From: Leptospiraceae bacterium
GTDB lineage: Bacteria; Spirochaetota; Leptospiria; Leptospirales; Leptonemataceae
Assembly: GCA_040217195.1 (NCBI GenBank)
Contig: JAVJNR010000003.1
Location: 320,001-384,000, forward strand
Reading direction: 5' to 3'
DNA: 64,000 bases
Under the pieces are notes generated by a model, which saw nothing but the letters and a program-made list of their open reading frames with translations, ran no database searches and was not told where the DNA came from. How positions within the stretch are numbered: the stretch's first letter is position 1; the number at the start of each line of letters is the position of its first letter. Positions 60,682 to 64,000 of this stretch are shown one piece after another. Both the position numbers and the translations under genes were made by a program.

Positions 60682-61461
60682 CTACCTTTCCCCTTCCTTC
60701 GCAATAATGTACACATATCGATCTGCCGGACGGCTTTCGCTACTTTCATCACATTGCCGAACATTTCTGTAGAGCACCTCTGTATTCGATTTAGAAACTC
60801 CCAGGCTGACGAGCATCTTAATTGCATAATCCGCCCTTTCCTGCATTAGTCTCTGATTTTCGTCTGCATCGCCTTCGCAATCAGCACTTACAGCAACAAG
60901 AAAGCGGGCATCCGGTTGATTCTGGATCCGCTCTTTCAGTCCTGCCAGCGGTGCTTCCGATGTAGCCCTGGAGCCCACGCCGGTTTCGAACCGGAATCGA
61001 AATACCCCGACCTGCTGATTGCCCTCCAATGTGGCCCCGGACTGGAGAATCTCTGTGTCCGCTGCGGCCATTTCTCCACATTCAGCGATTACGACTGTAT
61101 CGGTGATTACACCAAACAGGAAACCCAGAGCTGTGTAACCAATGTCTGACCATCTCATGGATCGATACTTGACCAGAATTGCATCTGAATTCGAGCTCCG
61201 TGGCCTGAGAATCGGCTCATTCAATGGCAGCACAAAAGGAAAGTGAACTACATGGCTTTCCTGGAGAACCTTGCAGTTTTCGTAGGATCCATTGTAGGAA
61301 GCCAGCGATCGTTCCATAGCTGTGGGAGTCTCGGTAATATAGGGCGCTGAACCTGTGGGATCCGTACCGGTTGCACAACCAACGTTCCAGATAAGGACAC
61401 AGGAGACTAGAAGACTAAATGGGCTAAAATCGCTGGACTTTGGTACTATAAACTTTTTCAT
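60682..61461 (-). CDS. Lipoprotein with divergent OmpA-like C-terminal domain
   Basis: NVGC lipobox; F.F..G...VSADCEG..ENQRLMQERA.....L...GV...ADRYV. Confidence 0.65.
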   Translation of the reverse strand: MKKFIVPKSSDFSPFSLLVSCVLIWNVGCATGTDPTGSAPYITETPTAMERSLASYNGSYENCKVLQESHVVHFPFVLPLNEPILRPRSSNSDAILVKYRSMRWSDIGYTALGFLFGVITDTVVIAECGEMAAADTEILQSGATLEGNQQVGVFRFRFETGVGSRATSEAPLAGLKERIQNQPDARFLVAVSADCEGDADENQRLMQERADYAIKMLVSLGVSKSNTEVLYRNVRQCDESSESRPADRYVYIIAKEGER

Positions 61462-61523
61462 GCTTTCCATTACAATTTCTTAACAGATAAAATATTGATT
61501 CGTTCAGAACCGGTGCTACAATT

Positions 61524-64000
61524 ATGAAATCAAGAACTATTCGCAGAATTAAACAGTCCGGATTACTCCTGCTGCTGGCAGGAATCCCATTTCTATCTGC
61601 CTGCATTGCATTTCTTCCTTCGGCCACAAGCAAATCAGAAGAAGAAAGAAAATGGTTCTTGCTGGATCTGGTATCATCTCCGGAGCAGAACGCATTAATC
61701 TCAAACCCGCCGACAGTAGGCGCCGATGGATACGATCCGGCTCTGTTTACTGTGGACCAGAGAGTAGATCCAGAAGAGATTGCAGTGCCCGTTTACGGCA
61801 AACATTACGTTTCTGTTGGTCATATCTTCGACATTGATGTAGATACCTCCAGGATTCCCGGGGCTCCTGAAGAATATGAAAGTGTATTCATGCCGGAAGG
61901 ACATGTGGCGAAAATCACCTACGAATACGATGAGCGAATGCTCCGGGAAAGGGGACTCATCGAAGAGTTTCAGGTGTATTACTACCACAAAGGAAGTGAC
62001 CGATGGTACCCACTTTCCGATGTAGAGGTGGACCTGGAAAACAATCGAGTTATTGCGCGCACAAATCACTTTACTCCATTTGTGCTTACTGCATTGCCGC
62101 AGCCAGCGGATAGTGGAGTATTTAATCCTCCCCAATGCATTGTGGATGCTCTGGACGATCCAGCCGGGAGCATGGCCGGACCAAAGTGGAGTCGCCTGGA
62201 CGTTGGTTTCAAATATTACCTGGATCGAGGGTATACGATTAAGCATACCGATTCCTTCTACGATTTAGAACTCAATCAAGCCCTGGGTATCGCCACCTGC
62301 AACGGAGGGACCCATGCCTCCTCCAGTATTTTCTGCGGTCCCCAGGGACAGCATAAATATAACACTGACCCCAACTACCTGGACTTCTCGTTGCCGTTCG
62401 ATGCTAAAGTATATGTCATGTACGATCACCGCGGAACGGAGCGAGCGGGATGGCTTTCCGATATGGGATTCGCTCAAGTTACCGATACTTTCGTTGAAAC
62501 CACGGACAGTGTCGAATATTATGAGGTCTATGAAAAGGATTATACATCTGGCTCTCAGGTGACTTTGCCGGGCAATCACTACGATCTTGCTAATCCCAAC
62601 CAGATCGATACCAACTATTTCGTAGCTGTGTTACCTCAGGGCGACTGGGCCACCGATGCAGGAATTGACTGCTCCGGGGAGCCTCTTCGCCCGGCTTCGC
62701 CGGAAGGAATTTCTCTCATTCCTGGCTCTGATCAGGTATCCATTGTTCTGGATCAGACTATAGATCGGGATGTAACCGGGCTTATTGTGCGACGACGTCT
62801 GCAGGAACCTTCTCTCTCGCCCGAATACGGTGAAGCCGTCGGTCTTGCCATCGATGAGCCCGGATACATCATTGATACCGGCCTCACTGAAGGTATGACC
62901 TATTATTATAGCTTTTTCGCAGTCACGGACAGCGGATTGTATTCTCCTCCTCTGGTAATTGAGCTTCAAACTGGACCGGATGATGATGGAGATGGTCTGG
63001 CCAACTTTTACGAAAACAATCCTTCCATTGTTTACTACGGGGGCGATGGAACCAATAGTAATCTGGATGATACAGATTCGGATGGAATTGACGACCTTAC
63101 TGAGATTCTGAACCTTACAGATCCCACACACAGTGATCATACAAATCCTGTGATTACAACCTTTGAAGACGATGGTACCATCAATACCATTCCTGTAGCT
63201 CGTTTCAGTATTCAAGTGGATGATGCATCCCCGATTACTGGCTGGTATCTATCCACAGGAACAGAGCCTCCGCCCAATGATTCCACGGATTGGCTCACCG
63301 AAGAACCCACAACATGGGATGTTCCACAGATTGGCGAGCTAAGCCTCAACCTCTGGGTCCGGGATGAAGCAGGTAATGTAAGCGAAATGGCCACCCTGGA
63401 ACTGGATTTTCCTTATCTCAATTACAGCAATCGCTTCATAATCTTTGATCCCAGAGATGATGATTTTCAGACTACGACAACTAATCCAACGGATCTGGCC
63501 TATTATCTGGAACAGACCGGCACCGATGCAACAACCAATAGCTTCGGGAAGAATTACTTGCTTTCCATTTCCGGTGGCCAATCGGTATTCGTGCAGCATG
63601 CTGGGAATACTGGCACAGCCGATTATGATTTTAGCGGAAGCAGCCCGCTGCCGCCCGGTTCGGTGATCTCTTCCTTGGAATACAACTCAAACCAGGATTA
63701 CTGGCTGGTTTCCTATTTCATTAGAGAGGGATACTCGCCTACTACGGAATGTCCGGTGGTCAAGCAAGCTCAGTGCTTCATGACCCTTAGATACAATGAG
63801 TCCACTGATACTCTGGTGACCCTGGATTCCGCGCATATAACAATTCCAGACGTCGCGACCCGCTGGGGGGATCCGGGGGAAATCATCCCGGATCCATCAG
63901 GGCCGGGCTTCCTCATGGCTATGAATGCTCAATACGTCCTGGAAAACGTTGATACTTCCATTAACCAGTACCCCTGGCATGAGTATGTAATTCTAATTCA
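61524..64000 (+). CDS. Large modular surface lipoprotein (>825 aa, runs off window; absent from ORF track)
   Basis: Hand translation open from ATG 61524 to window end: FLSAC lipobox (C27); RTNHFTPF; FN3-like IDTGLTEGMTYYYSFFAV; DDDGDGL/DTDSDGIDD acidic repeats; Ig-like WVRDEAGNVS. Confidence 0.9.
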   Translation, partial: MKSRTIRRIKQSGLLLLLAGIPFLSACIAFLPSATSKSEEERKWFLLDLVSSPEQNALISNPPTVGADGYDPALFTVDQRVDPEEIAVPVYGKHYVSVGHIFDIDVDTSRIPGAPEEYESVFMPEGHVAKITYEYDERMLRERGLIEEFQVYYYHKGSDRWYPLSDVEVDLENNRVIARTNHFTPFVLTALPQPADSGVFNPPQCIVDALDDPAGSMAGPKWSRLDVGFKYYLDRGYTIKHTDSFYDLELNQALGIATCNGGTHASSSIFCGPQGQHKYNTDPNYLDFSLPFDAKVYVMYDHRGTERAGWLSDMGFAQVTDTFVETTDSVEYYEVYEKDYTSGSQVTLPGNHYDLANPNQIDTNYFVAVLPQGDWATDAGIDCSGEPLRPASPEGISLIPGSDQVSIVLDQTIDRDVTGLIVRRRLQEPSLSPEYGEAVGLAIDEPGYIIDTGLTEGMTYYYSFFAVTDSGLYSPPLVIELQTGPDDDGDGLANFYENNPSIVYYGGDGTNSNLDDTDSDGIDDLTEILNLTDPTHSDHTNPVITTFEDDGTINTIPVARFSIQVDDASPITGWYLSTGTEPPPNDSTDWLTEEPTTWDVPQIGELSLNLWVRDEAGNVSEMATLELDFPYLNYSNRFIIFDPRDDDFQTTTTNPTDLAYYLEQTGTDATTNSFGKNYLLSISGGQSVFVQHAGNTGTADYDFSGSSPLPPGSVISSLEYNSNQDYWLVSYFIREGYSPTTECPVVKQAQCFMTLRYNESTDTLVTLDSAHITIPDVATRWGDPGEIIPDPSGPGFLMAMNAQYVLENVDTSINQYPWHEYVILI

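Noticed and set aside
722..63666. Numerous short or antisense ORFs in the track (e.g. 722-1345, 15706-16410, 22156-22728, 48941-49600, 61701-63666)
   Set aside because: They lie opposite or inside well-supported genes and show no motifs; those after 61524 shadow the long open frame

Overview
Gene-dense bacterial chromosomal DNA. The lipoprotein N-termini and gene content suggest a free-living spirochete of the Leptospiraceae type (inference only). I found no rRNA, tRNA, CRISPR array, prophage or transposase. In order, the window holds: (1) a translationally coupled operon TolC - long-hairpin adaptor - two Big_5/SbsA-Ig lipoproteins - two RND permeases - parvulin-less foldase-like protein; (2) an MCP gene preceded by a degenerate 117-bp tandem duplication; (3) a three-gene minus-strand surface-protease module (Ig stalk lipoprotein, S8 subtilase, stand-alone propeptide-like protein); (4) an M48 peptidase followed by three AIM24/TIGR00266 genes; (5) metabolic and transport genes; (6) a full cbb3 oxidase cluster (ccoNOQP-ccoG-fixH-ccoS-DsbD_2-ccoI); (7) HAD, GGDEF, MsrB, amidase, DprE1-like and patatin genes; (8) two hybrid histidine kinases, a DsbD-alpha/thioredoxin fusion and sanA; (9) a candidate structured RNA; (10) tandem astacin lipoproteins; (11) an OmpA-like lipoprotein; (12) a >825-aa surface lipoprotein missing from the ORF track, carrying an HF|T autoproteolysis-type motif. 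The best candidates for an undescribed system are the subtilase module (apparent donor-strand tethering to a strand-A-less FN3 domain, plus a free propeptide copy) and the RND/Ig/foldase operon. All family calls come from motif recognition by eye; no searches were run.
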